A stretch of 63,905 bases of DNA, the filler included, from Dimargaris cristalligena (lineage: Eukaryota): the NCBI GenBank assembly GCA_003614675.1. It is 3 parts of 3 records of this genome, joined end to end, with 100 filler letters (N's around TTAATTAATTAA, not from the genome) between each part and the next. Parts side by side here need not be neighbours in the genome. Positions count along the whole stretch, not along the records: positions 22,208 to 44,293 come from ML002639.1; positions 44,394 to 63,905 come from ML002726.1; 1 more part is not named here. One strand, 5' to 3'. How positions within the stretch are numbered: the stretch's first letter is position 1; each line of letters starts with the position of its first letter. Under the pieces are notes generated by a model. It searched no databases and was not told where the DNA came from. It saw nothing but the letters and a program-made list of their open reading frames with translations. This document shows, piece by piece, positions 34,703 to 47,823 of the stretch. The position numbers and the translations under genes were made by a program.

Positions 34703-36849
34703 ATGTCCGCCCCACGGGTCCTGGCCACTCCATGGAGGCAACCCACTCTTCGTTACGGGTTACCATTGCGTTCCCGTTCCGTCCCCCGCCGTTTTCTAGG
34801 CTCAGGGCCGTTCAACCACCCCCACGCGGCCTCCGATGTGGACCTATCGATCGATGCCGTGTTCCGGGCCCGGCCCACAACGCTACACACCCCCGACACG
34901 CTGTCCGAGTGGACCCGGCTATCCATCCCCCCGGGGCTCGCCAAAGTGATGCTTGATATAAACCACACCGCTCCGCTTACCACCCAAAAGACCCTGGTTC
35001 CCGCAATCCTGACCGGCCGGCATATTGCTCTACAGGCCGAGACGGGATCGGGTAAGACGCTGGCCTACCTACTTCCTCTCTTGACCCGGATTTTGGCATG
35101 GTCAGCCCCAAATCAACCCCCCGGCTTTCAGTTCACAGGCCCCCAGGCCCTTATTGTCACCCAAGACCGCGTCCACGCCCGACAGCTCTTCCGTATGCTG
35201 CGGGAATTAGTTAGGAGGGCCAATCTCGACATTGCTCTTATCAACTGCGTGACCAGTCATATCCTAGCTCCGGATGGTAGCAAGTCGGGTCTGCCCTCAT
35301 ATGGGCCGGGCAGGATTAATCGGCCGTCTATCCTGGTAGCGACTGCTGCGTCTCTGTTGCCCCGTAATCCCTATTTAATGAGTCGACTGGAGGCCCAGCT
35401 CAAGGCAGCGCGCCTGGTGGTAGTGGATGAATTACAACCTTGCTTGGATACCGTTGATCAGGCCCAGTTTTATCGTTTAATGGCACTGCTAATCCGGGGC
35501 CGGGATCCCTTGGCGGTACCCACTGCGCAGGCCCTACCCGGCCGTCCATTGCCAATTGTGGGCAATCTAGATCAGGCCCATTATAGCAATCGCCCGTTCA
35601 CTTCTTACCGTCATGAGCTAAATAGTAAGACCGCAACCCCGGCGCCCTATACCCCACCTCAATTTATTTTTTGCGACTCCAAGCCCTTCTCGGACCCCGC
35701 CCTGCGCCCCCGGATTCTCGAGAAAGAGCTGGGCCTGTCCAATATCCAATACCTTGATATGCCCATTCGTAACTTTTACCAGCCCGTCGTGGATGAAATA
35801 CTACTACCAGTACCTTCGGCGCTGACCGTAGGGGCCAAACAAGCTCTGTTCATGCGTCTATTACGCACCGTGATTCTCCGAGTACGTCAACTACCTTCTC
35901 CCAGCACCCACCGCCTCATATTGGTAGTGTCGGACGATTTCCCCGAGGCCGAACGCAACTACAAGCATCTCCAGACCCTCGTCCATGACTACCAGCGTCG
36001 TTTTGAGCAAAACCGACTCCGGGTTGGCCGATCCCCCCCCTCAGTTGTTCCCAACGACCATTCTCCCACGGCGGCCGCTCCGGATGACTCCTATTTATTC
36101 CAAATCCAGCCACAGTACTTCCCCCCCGTCTGGACCCGCAAACAGCGGTTGGCTATGAAGGCGGCCCTCCACGCCGCGACCCAAGGGGCCCAGCCGGTCG
36201 TTGATTGGTATCCCCCAGGGATGCCCCCTTTCGCGGGCCCCATCTCGGTGGTCTTCATCGGCGGTCCGTTAAACCAGACCTTCGTGTTCCCCCAGGTGGC
36301 GTCGGTATTGCTTCTGCGGTTCGGCCAGGACATTTACGATTACCTCTTTTGGGCCGGTCGGGCGGGCCGCGATCGACAAGGCAGCGAAAGTAAGTTATAC
36401 AGATGGGCGGGGTCCGATGATTGTGCCATCCGGGTATCATATCTTCCCGTGGGGAAGGTTACTTGGACCCTAGATCGCGGGTGACTGCCGTGAAGTCACC
36501 ATCGTTTGGTAAAATTATTACCTGGGTTTACTAATTCCGTCTATTTTGCGATAATCATATGTTTGCCTTATACCCCCTCCACCCGTTTGGTATTATACCG
36601 TTTCTAGTTATTTCGCTTGTGCCACCCGAGGACCGCGCCGTTGCCGGTATTGTCGAACGACTGAATCGGCCCTTAGTCATTAATGAGCCCAAACAACTCC
36701 TCAAGATTCCTATGCGTACCCTACCTAAACGCGACCAAATCTTGAAACCTTTCGATGGAACCAATCTCACCGGGGTCAGAAAGGCAGGTGAAGTCGAGAC
36801 TCCAGAAGAATTTCCCTTTGCTGACTTATTTCGCGACGAGGCCCATTAA
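34703..36849 (+). CDS. DEAD-box RNA helicase-like protein with degenerate motifs, probably mitochondrial, 2 exons
   Basis: Exons 34703-36389 and 36608-36849. Walker A AETGSGKTLAYLLP, GPQALIV, VVDELQ, YLFWAGRAGR, then IISLV after splicing; basic presequence-like N-terminus. Confidence 0.8.
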
Positions 36850-39800
36850 AACGGACAACCGCTAAAGTGACATACCCCGTCTCCCCTCTCATCTCCTACC
36901 CTGTAGTTATGATGAAATAATAAATCGATAAGTCTGGCTGTGTTAAACGGTAAGGTCCAAGAAGATATGGGTGAAAATCGGGGTATTGGACTTGGACAAA
37001 GGTAGTCACGATAATGTTATGGAATGGGAAACGGTGATGTTAGGGAGAGAACTTGTCTGGCTAACAACCGAACAATCAGATGAACAAGTACAGTATTACT
37101 GGCTAAAAAATAAATGACACCCATTATTACAGTACATCATTCATTTACTAACGTATAAATGTAAGTTGAATTTCATCCGTACAGTATTAATAGTTTGCTA
37201 TTTATGAAGACTGGTAATGCCTTTCCAGAATAAGGGCATTGGCCGAGTCATCCAGGGAATTAGGATCAAATTGTTTAAGTCGGTTTTAAAACCTTCTTCA
37301 TCGCTTGGCTGTGTTGTAAATCGATACTACTCCCTCGTATACGTGCGACTGTGATTTAAACATAATTATCCTAAGCACGTTGCTGCTTAAGAAGTTGGCA
37401 AAAGTATGGCACAGCCAAAAGAGGCGACTCCCGCCCGATTTAAGAAATCCGCCATAGTAAAATCGCGGCCCTGAAGAAAATGGTGACACTGTGAAGGATC
37501 ATGAAAACAACGTCGGTGCGAAGATAACTCCGTAGCACTTATATACTACTCTATTCACGAAATAATGGTCCGGCCATTGCATTGTGTACCGTTCAGCCGT
37601 ATCATTTTTTTCCCGATACGCATGGGTACCAAAGTACAATACAAGCAATTGAAAGCATAGTTTCGATCCCAATTGTACTTGCATGGTTATCGTGGATTCT
37701 TGGTCCGTCTATGGTTTTAGTACATTGACGAAGCCTAGGGGGCGCTGGCCTTCCCCCTAGGGCCACATCATTCCCACACTGGCTATACCATATCAGGACT
37801 GTGGTCATAAGATTTCTAGTTAAACCAGTCTGGAAGGGTGTGACTGGATCCATTGTTAGTATTATAGAAATGGCCGACAGGATCGCATATCCACAAACCA
37901 GTTATTTAGCAGGTTCAACCGTAGGATATGGCAGCCACAAGTGGCCCAATCATCCTCGTGGGATAACAGCCCCCGAATTACCGGGTGTTTTGCTGTACTG
38001 TCACCATAAATTAAATATTTTGTAGAAGCCTCCGGACAAGAGCCTTGGCCCTGACCCTAAACCATGAATGGGAGCCAAACGCAGAGCCGTTGGCCAAAAT
38101 ACTAGCTTATTGTGCCTTACTAGAACCAGACGACCATCATATTATAGATTTATTGATTGTGGCCATACATGAATCCCTTTGCGTAGGCGACAAAGGGGAC
38201 GGCGGAGCATAGTAGCCAGCCTGTGGCCCATTCCAACTACAAATCGTGAATGACCTTATTGTCCTTTTAATCAATGGGTGGAATAGGCATATGATTAAAT
38301 TTACTATTGGGTTTTGGTTAGCCACCATTTACTACACCGAAATGATGTTGGCGCCAATGGGCTTTAGTATAAATATGCAACTGAACTTCACCCCCAAAAC
38401 CAAAATCATGCTGGAATACCTATACCCCACTCTCCATTCCCGTATACTTTCAAATTCACCATTATCCCATATTTACCCTATACTTACTCATACCTCTTAT
38501 CAATAGCCTCATTAAGGCCTATCTATCTCTTCATTCCCGAAGACCATTTGCATGAAGATATACTGGTCTTCCCCTGCAGAAATGCAGAAAACAACTAACA
38601 TTAGCCACCTCCGACAGGGTGGCTCGGGTAAGCCTTCCTTTCTCCTGAAGGATTACCCAGTATTCAACCCAAAGTTCCCCCTCTCTGAGGCGGATATGGG
38701 TGGGGAAAATATACAGCCACCGAATAATTAAAATATCTGTGATGCCTGCTAAAGTGCAGGTTAAATGTATACATCATAAATTATTAATCAAAATTAATTT
38801 AGCGCTACATACTTGGATTCGACGGCGGGAAGCCTTTTTTTATATCAAAATTATTATTTAGGAAATAAATGTCAAATTGTTAAGTATAGGTATATTTAGA
38901 ATCTGTCATAGGATAAAGGCCAGTGATAAAGCGATTGGTTTGGTTACTTCCATAGTTATGACAATCCCATGGTGGCGATTTGAATAAAGCAGAGGGGTTG
39001 TGAATAAAGTCCTTTGTATGTTTCGATGAAAATGGTTAGGCTGATTGGTTGAAGCAGCCAAACTTACATATGCCAGGCTGAGATGTATTTAGGGTATTTT
39101 CTGGGTCAATTGTACTTTCGAGTTGTTATTCTGAGTTGGATGCTGGTAACTGTGAATCCTCCATGTATTTAGCTGGTGTTTTCTGTTCAATTGATTGATT
39201 TAATTATAATTTAGCGATACATTTGGGCCTTTATACTGTGTTTTCTAATCCATTAGATTACTGCTATCTTCCTTGGGAATTAAAATGTTCTTAGTTGGTC
39301 TTGGGGTGAGATAACCGGTTTCACATGTATGTATCAAAATCGTCGTGGCATTTTTTATTGTAAGGTTTTCCCTGTTGATATTGTTGTCAATAACACCACT
39401 ATTGAACATACCTCACCACTACTTAATGTATTTTGATAATTGAAATTATACGTTTACTTCTCTAATAACTTCACCCGGCAACTGTCATATAGTTGAATAT
39501 ATATAATGTTGTTTACAGACCCATTCCAAATGGCGACTGTTTTTTTTTTAATGTGCATTGCCTGCTAATGTTATTGGATAATTATTCAGGGATGGTACTT
39601 AGTATTTCGACGTACGGGGCAGGTTTGGCCTTATTATTTAACGAAGAATCTGTTGTATACGGCTGATCTTACTGTCCGCATTTGCATCCAAATTTTATGC
39701 GGTGCTTAATTTCGCTCATATGGTATCCCATTATACCAGAGAGAATTAGTTAAATTAATATATGGGCTCATTATTTGAAATAATAGTGTTTTTTACAAAA

Positions 39801-40260
39801 GGGCGCCAATTCGATGAAGCCGTTTATCGATCGAATGGCCGGGCCAACCAGGGTGTGTCTTTAGAGACGAGTCTGTACGACGTGACTCTCACTGGTTCGG
39901 GAAATGAGTTCCTACACTTGTAAAGTGCGTTTTTTTTCTGGCTCTTTTGCAGGTGTAACCCCCCCCCCCACTCACTGAGTTTCGAGACGCGGTTGTGATA
40001 TTCCTCCCCCACCCCAACTTCCCCTGCTGTATCGAGGACCCTCTCTTTCCTCTAACCTTACCTAGTCAGGCCTATATTATTCCCACCTCCTTTTTCCTCG
40101 TTTCTTACCTCGAATTAGTCTATCGTACTGGATGCCCATTGGCCCATTTAGGAACCCCTTTGTCCAATCGAGCACCCTTTTGACTTTCAAAAGAGTCCTT
40201 TCCTCCGTTCGCTTCCCCGCTGCCCAACCAATCCAGTCTCCATTAAGCAACCCAGCCAAG

Positions 40261-43166
40261 ATGGCCCGCCCCGCCAAATGGAAGAAGAAGAACAAGGGCG
40301 AGCAAAAGGTATGTCGCTCAGGCCCCCCATGCTCACGTTGCATTCTTAAGCAGCACTCCTAGAGGCCACTTTAGTAAAGAACCGCCCGTTTGCTCCTGGA
40401 CTTTGTTGGAGGCGACCCATGTCGAGTAATTCCAATTTATGGAGGCCATAGTAATACCCATCGATACTTAATACCCATGTGTCTAGTAGCCTTCAGGTAT
40501 TATCAGTTCTAATCAATCCCCTCTCTTCCCGTCCCTTCACACGCGCGCTTAAATGGTTTAATCTCGTAATGACTTGGCCTCACCTCCCGCTAGCCCCGGG
40601 ATCGTGAAAGCCAGCGCAACTACATCGCCATCACCAACGTCGAGATGTCCAACGCCGATTTTGAAAAGTTCTACCGCGCCCAAAACCTCTTCTCGGACGA
40701 GGCAGAGTGGCAGATTTTTTTCGAAACCCTGCGGGTCATTTTGCCGACCGCGTTCCGTATTACGGGTAACCGCAGCCACGCCATCGAACTGCGGACCCAG
40801 ATCGAACGCTACTTCATCCCCTACATCCAGGCGGCCGACCTCGAAGGGCCCCATGTCGATCCCCCCGCGCCGCTTCCGTGGTACCCCGACCAGCTCGGCT
40901 GGCAAATGACCATCCCCCGTATCGCCCTGAAAAAATCGCCCCATTTACGGAAATTCCACACGTTCTTGGTCACCGAAACCGAAGTCGGGAACATCAGCCG
41001 GCAGGAGGCGGTCAGCATGATCCCCCCACTTCTATTGGACGTGAAGGCCGGCCATATGGTGATTGATATGTGTGCCGCCCCGGGCTCGAAAACGGCCCAG
41101 ATTGTGGAGGCGATGCACGCCGAGGAAAAGGACCTGGAACTGTCCCCCGGGCTGGTCATTGCCAACGACGCGAATTTGAAACGCGCCTGTATGTTGGTGC
41201 ACCAGATGAAACGCCTGCATAGTCCCTGTTTGTTGGTGACCCACCAGGATGCCGAACAGTTCTCTAACGTGCTCTACCCGTCCCCAGTAAGTTTCCCGTC
41301 TTATGGATAACAGTTCGTGCTTATTATATAGTGTAAAATCCTATGCTATTGTTGGTATAGGGCCATTTTTTCAAGAAGTCGATAGGCTTGGTCAAGTTTA
41401 TCCCTATATAGGCATTCGCACTACTCACCCCCCTCCCTGCCTTTTGTGCACGTTTGGCGTTGGCTTAATCTACCTCTGACTTACTAATTTAGATCGCCCA
41501 GTCCACCAAGCCCGAAGCCCTCCGCTTCGACCGTATTCTCTGTGACGTGCCTTGCAGTGGAGATGGCACCATCCGCAAGAACCTACTCATCTGGAAAGAC
41601 TGGAAAATAGCTGACGGTATGGGTATCCATGGGATGCAGCTCAAGATCGCCCAACGCGCGGCCATTCTCCTTAAAGTGGGTGGCCGCATGGTCTACTCCA
41701 CCTGCTCGTTCAACCCTCTCGAGAACGAGGCGGTGGTTGCCGCCCTGCTAAATTCCACCGACGGGGCCCTCCGCCTCGTGGATGTGTCGGATCGCCTCCC
41801 CGCCCTAGTTCGGCGCCCCGGATTGACCACCTGGAAGGTATTGCGCAAGGACGGCGAGCCAGCCGAGCGCTTCTCCGATTTCGCGGAGGAGGGTATCAAC
41901 CGCGCCCACTCCAAATGTCTCCCCACCCTGTTCCCCCCGGCTAACGTGGCGGACTTGCATTTGGACCGCTGTTTGCGGATTTATCCCCACCTGCAAAACA
42001 CCGGCGGGTTCTTCGTGGCCGTGCTGGAGAAAGTGAAGCCCCTGTCGAAGCAGGATGCATTGTATATGGAGACGCCCGCCAAGGCGGAAGATCCTCCGAT
42101 TAAGAAGCCCAAACTAGCCCCCGCTGAAGGTACTGCAACTGATTGATGGGGATTTATTAAACTGGCAAGACGATGTTGGGGTTCTTTGATGCGTGGCTAC
42201 AGCGGTCCAACACCATTCATACGGGTCTCCCAAAACCTCTGTGAGGGCCGCTTGCGTGGGTTTGGAAGTTCGCCTTTGTTCATGATTCAAACAGTATCCA
42301 CTTAAAATCTTTTAACTAATCGTTTGAGTACCCCCTTCCCTTCACCTACCTCTTGTTCCGCCCTCTGTGTATCCCTACCACCCTTCCTACCACACTCGGA
42401 TATAGAAACCACTCCCGATAGTCCGCCGCTTAATGATACCGTCGACAGCGAGGTCCCGGCTGAGTCGGATGCCAAGCCTTTGAAGGATGAGCCCTTCCTC
42501 TTTGTGGACCCCACCGATCCCGACCTGGAAAGTATCTGGAAATTCTTCGAAATCTCCGAAAAGCTCCCGCGTGATCAATTCCTAGTCCGTTCCGAAGGCA
42601 GCAAACAGCGGACCCTTTACCTCGTCTCCTCGGCCATCAAGTCCATCATGGCCATAACCCGTAACGAACGGCTCCGGGTAGTCAACACGGGGATCCGTTG
42701 CTTCAGCCGCAACGACGTGGAAAACACGCCCTGTACCTACCGGATCCACTACGAGGCCCTCCCTTTGCTCACCCCTTTCCTCGGCGATGCCCGGAAGGTG
42801 CGTCTGACCCATCCCGATCTACGGATGCTGCTGGATTCGCCGAACCACCTTAGTGTGACCCGCTTCTCCCCAGCGCTGCAGGAACGGGCCGGCCCCATGG
42901 TGCTAGGTTGTTGTATTGGTTACTTGTACCCCGAGGATGCCCCGGAGGGACATACCATGACCGGCCCCATGGTCTTCCCGATCTGGCGCGGAGTAAGTTC
43001 GCTTTACATGTTGCTTGGTAAACAGGATAAGCATTCGCTTGTTGCCCGAGTGTACGGCCCGGATTCGGTCATCGAGACCCCCAAAGGGGAAACCACCAGT
43101 ACCCCAGTGGATGCGACTCCGACTGCGGAAGTTGCTGAGGTCACCGAGGATACGCCGGCGGTCTAG
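40261..43166 (+). CDS. NCL1: tRNA (cytosine-5)-methyltransferase Trm4/Ncl1 (NSUN2), 4 exons
   Basis: Exons 40261-40308, 40594-41286, 41493-42129, 42406-43166. ISRQEAVSMIPP, DMCAAPGSKT, FDRILCDVPCSGDG, VYSTCSFNPLENE, PHLQNTGGFF. Confidence 0.96.
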
Positions 43167-43710
43167 TAAATAGAGGTAGTCCTGTTCAATATATACGTAA
43201 ATATTGGACGTTGCTCACCCCCTACCTCTGATCTAAAAATTAGGTTGATTCTTGGAGGTTGTAGAATCGGTATTTTTCTTTAATTTTTCACTCAGCTTAG
43301 TAGTCGGGAATTGCTAAAAATGATGGGGCATTATCATTCCGAGCTAAATAGCTGGGAATGAGATGCTATGAGCTACCCGATATTTGTGAAAAAAATAAAA
43401 CTGGCAAAAAAAAAGGGTATTTTGTCGTTTACATCATGTTATTTATGTATCTGTAAATGAGTACAATTCGGACCAGCTATATTAGATTTTATTTGATGTT
43501 TACGGGATAGTAGGTGGGCGACTAATTTTTACCCTATAATGGTTGCCTCATCTAACGTATTTTTTGTTATGTAACTTGGTTAAACCTTTCACATTATGTT
43601 TTCCACTACATTTATACTATTGGGTGTAAGGAACGGACAGCTGTACTTTACCATATGTACATAATTTTCAATCTTTGGACCAAAATAGTATTTCTACATG
43701 AAGTAGAAAG

Positions 43711-43922
43711 TGTTAGAAAGGTGGCTCATGCCTCTATCAAATTATATTCTTGGAGATTCTCCCATCATAGAGAGAATTATATCCCAACTCTCTATATAGT
43801 CAATAGTCATATAATAAAACACATAGCAGGGTGTATTTCACATAACTCACACAGCTTTCTCTATTTTTATTCACTTTGATATACTAAGGCTTTGCATTGT
43901 AGTATATTCATTCATTTTAACA
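43711..43922 (+). mobile_element. Possible solo LTR (212 bp)
   Basis: Termini TGTTAGAAAG...CATTTTAACA form an imperfect inverted pair; internal CTCTATATA; no CpG; no matching target-site duplication seen. Confidence 0.4.
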
Positions 43923-43949
43923 ATATATAACTGGGCCCCTACTGGGTTT

Positions 43950-44034
43950 AGTTTGATTCCTTATCTTATTCTTACCCCCTAGTTTATCCTAATAGACTAT
44001 ATATATACTCACCCCCCTTGTATTGACTAGTAAG
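43950..44034 (+). repeat. Dispersed repeat, copy of the family at 62535-62680
   Basis: tagtttatcctaatagactatatatatactcaccccccttgtattgactagtaag aligns with tagtttatcctaataaatgttgtatatgctcactccctttatactaactagtaag (62551-62605). Confidence 0.8.
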
Positions 44035-44293
44035 TATAAAGAACTGAAATCAAATCCTTGAAAACTGAACTTTATTCAAAAAAATAGGTGATAAAAGGGA
44101 AAGGTGATAATAGACTTACTGTTCCAAGAGGTGGTAGTAAGGGGGAGTATTTATACTTAAAAGAGGAAGCCTAAATGAAAAGATAGATAATAGAGAAAGG
44201 GAGAGAAGGTCCCAGAATATTGGATGATTAAGTAGAGGGAAAGGGAAGGGAGTTCCCAGATAATAGTATTAGTCATCACAAAGGATAGGTAAT
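44035..44293 (-). mobile_element. LTR fragment (copy A), cut by the linker
   Basis: First 134 bp match 63771-63905; on the minus strand TATAAATA (44148-44155) precedes AATAAA (44071-44076) and the terminus. Confidence 0.7.
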
Positions 44294-44393
44294 NNNNNNN
44301 NNNNNNNNNNNNNNNNNNNNNNNNNNNNNNNNNNNNNTTAATTAATTAANNNNNNNNNNNNNNNNNNNNNNNNNNNNNNNNNNNNNNNNNNNN
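44294..44393. other. Assembly gap/linker (N44-TTAATTAATTAA-N44)
   Basis: Same spacer as at 22108; stop spacer at 44338-44349. Confidence 0.98.
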
Positions 44394-44646
44394 ATTTACC
44401 TATTGTCCCCACGCCCCGCTCTGGGATGCATAGAGCCCGCGCTTGTCGACGGTCCCTTGACCTATTTTTCTTGTTTGTTCGTTGAAGTCCGTGACAACCC
44501 GTCTTCATCTGTCCCCGTTCTTCTTCGATCGACCGAGATATAGTTATATATATAACCAGGACCCCGAGCCGGTACCTCTCTTCTCTATTCCGCTTTATTT
44601 ATTTACCCTCCTTCGCTCCTAGTGTTCCTTATCCGTGCGCTCTAAC

Positions 44647-47600
44647 ATGGCCAATATACCCTTCCGGATAGACCCCGCCAAACAGCCTGCTATTCCGCTA
44701 CACCGTATTCTTAGCCAGTCCCCAAACGGTAAGCTGCCTGATTAATCCCGTGACCCACCCCACCCTTGGGATATGCTCCTCTTACCCAGTTGCAAAGCTG
44801 GCTTTGGTTTGCTCCACGTGCCTCTCTGTAGCTAATCCCATCCCTCCTCCCCTGTGTCCTCTCTTTCGTAATGGCTATAATACCCCATACCTAACCCAAC
44901 CCCCACCCTAACCCTTTCTTCACGTGATCTCGTCCACCACCACCCTCTTGACCTTGCCCCGTTCCTTCCAGATATTATAAACCCCAGCGATCTCGACGCC
45001 TCGGCATTTGATCGCCAGCACCCCTACTATTCAGCCAAACCCCCCCGCCCAACCGATTCCGGTGTGGACTCCCCGTCCCCGCCGCCCGCTGATTTGCCCC
45101 AGCTTGACCGGTGGAAACTCTACAGCAAACTGGATTCCAAACTCCCCCAAAACGGCCGCGTCTCCAACCTTGCCTGGCGTATGATGTACAATCCTGCGAC
45201 CCTGGCCTGGCTGGAAATCCTCGACGCCGACCAAAAGCGTCGGGCCCAGTCGACCGCTTTTCTATCCTCCATGGGCAATAGTCAGCAACAGGCATCCCCA
45301 CCGACCTTTGACCTTTCCCGGCTCATCGAGGGGGGTCTTTTGGAACAGGACCCCATGGGCTTCATCTTTGATCCCACCATGTTCAGCAGTATAGACCCAT
45401 TCTCCTCAACTCCACCGGCCCCGGTGCAGTCCCAGGCCAACCTGAGTCAGATCAACCAGGGCTCTATCACTACCATGTCGTCAGGGAATAGCCAACCCCC
45501 TGCTTCTACCCAACCTCCCGTCACCACCCAGCCAATCGCCCAGCTGCCCGTCACCACAAGCCAGAGCGCCGGGGATGGTAACATGACCATCGATACCACC
45601 ACGCTATACGACTTAACCAACGATCCTTTGGCTTGGGCCTTTGCCCCGAGCGATTTCAATACCCAGGCCGCCTCCCAGGCCCTGGCATACGGCCAGTGCA
45701 TGTTCCCTAACCCCAACACCCAAGTGGTGACCAGTGATTTCTCTGCCTCGAATCAGGGGTTTGCCCCGGCATATCTCCACCCTTCGCTGCCCCTCAATCT
45801 ACTAAAAGCCCAGGGTGTCAGCTCCGTCGGCAACTTCATGGCTAATACCGCCGGGATGCCGTATTCGTCGAACGGGGCTGCCTCCGCCATGTTCAACCCG
45901 TACGATGTTAATGGCGTCCAGTCGACGACCTCCTCCATTAATATCCCCAATGTTCCGGAGCCATCGGTCAATTTCGCCACCCCCGCTGACATGCTCCTGT
46001 CAAGCAGTCCCAATACTCCCACTACGGGCTATTTCGCCCCGTCCTCTCTGCAGACGCCCATGGCCCAGCGACCAGGAAGAGCGATCGCGCATCAACCTAG
46101 TTACTCTACAGGCACTGTCCCGACCAACCTGTGTGATCAGGTTAATCCAGCCAGTAATCAAGTTACCACCAGCATGCTTAGTCCCGCCGCCGTGGCCAAG
46201 TCAATGACCCCGTCTACTACTACCACTACTAACACTACTGCTACGACCCCCTCCACCACCCAAACCAGACACCATGCCCAGGCCCGCTCGGTGGCCTTGC
46301 CTACCGCTATCCTACCGCCCATTGATGACTTGACCATGGCTGCTGCCGCGGCAGCCAAACAATCCGCCAAACTGCCCCACTCTCCCCCGCACTCATTGGC
46401 CAACCGTGGCCACGCAGCATCAACCCCCCGACCTCTGTCGACGACACCAGCATCCTTATCATCCAAGTCTGCGACCGTTGCGGCATCTGCGCGCCGGACC
46501 GACAAATCCGCGATGGAAGGCCGGCAGTGCTCCCACTGTCACGTTACTCGCACATCCCAGTGGCGGCGCGATCCTAACGGGGGCCATTTCTGCAATTCCT
46601 GCGCCTTGGAATACCTTAAACATGGTACGCTGCGGCCCGTGGATCCCAGCTGCAAAGACCGGGAAATCCGTCGGCGAAACCGGGCCAAGGGCAAAAAGGT
46701 AGATACCTCCCGGGGAGGTAATAGTAGTGGTAGCAACAACAAGCATACCCGGGCTACACCAGGAGGGTCCGACTATAAAAGTTCGGAATCAGCGAGTACT
46801 ACGCCTAATACCCCGATTACTGCCGCCACGGCCATGGGCTTATCCGCCCATAATGGTGGTATACTTCCGTCTGGTCAGCAACAGGTCATGATGACCAACG
46901 GATTTAACGGCAATATGGCTATAGGCACTGGAGGAGGAGGAGGAGGCTACCACCGCCGGGGCATGACTAACCTCAGCTTAGATTCGCATGCACTGCGGGC
47001 CGGTCTGCAGGCCGTAGCTGGAGAACATACACCGTCCCCTTCGCCACTCCACACCGTCAGCTCCCCAGTGCAGCAGCAACCGCTCCACCAGCCCCATCAC
47101 TTGGCGTCTGCATCAACATCGGCCTTACCCATCACCCCGTTGTCAGCTAAACGGTTACCTACGTATTCGTCGCCCTCCACCGTGTTACCATCCCTGGCCC
47201 AGACCGTTAGCGCAGGTAGCGGAGGAATTGGCGGTGGTAGCGGACTTGCTCGCCAGAGTCCGGGAATGGTTATTTCGCCTTCTCCCTCGCCTCCCCATTT
47301 GAATCAAATGCACTCGGTGAGCGGGAAGAGTAATAGTAGCAGTGCTGTTGGGACAGGAGGAGGAGTAACCTCCTATCCACCGGCTGGTAAGGCATTGCCC
47401 AGTCTCCAGCGGCTGCCGGCCCAACCGTTTTCGGGAGAAGGGGGAGAGGTCAATAATAATAGTGGAGTAGGATTGACCACACCCATGGATAACAACTCTC
47501 TCCGTATTTCGGGCTATCCCCAGAATAACGGTTATCCATCGTCCATGGCCATAACCAGCGCCGCTATTTCCTCTTCCACCACCACCACTGCTGCTGCGTC

Positions 47601-47823
47601 GAGCTCGGGCCTGGAACACACTGATAAGCGCCGGCGCTTGACCGGGTCCACTATAGCGGCCACAGTAAGCCCCCATTACCTAATGACCCAAGGTTCTTCT
47701 TCCTCTTCGTCGTCCCAGTCGGCGAATTACCACCACCGTCAGTCGGCCATATATCCTAATAATTCGGCCCTTCAGCGTACGCCTCTTTCCTACGAATATA
47801 ATCACCCCGGTGCGGATAACTAA
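44647..47823 (+). CDS. GATA zinc-finger transcription factor with N-terminal DUF1752 (AreA/Gat1-like architecture), 2 exons
   Basis: Exons 44647-44728 and 44972-47823 join in frame. WKLYSK..LPQNGRVSNLAWRMM; CSHC-X17-CNSC finger at 46528-46602 followed by basic IRRRNR. Confidence 0.9.

Noticed and set aside
36900-39800. Possible gene or pseudogene in the AT-rich spacer (splice-like signals on the minus strand near 39000-39070)
   Set aside because: Could not build a stop-free spliced model or recognise a family
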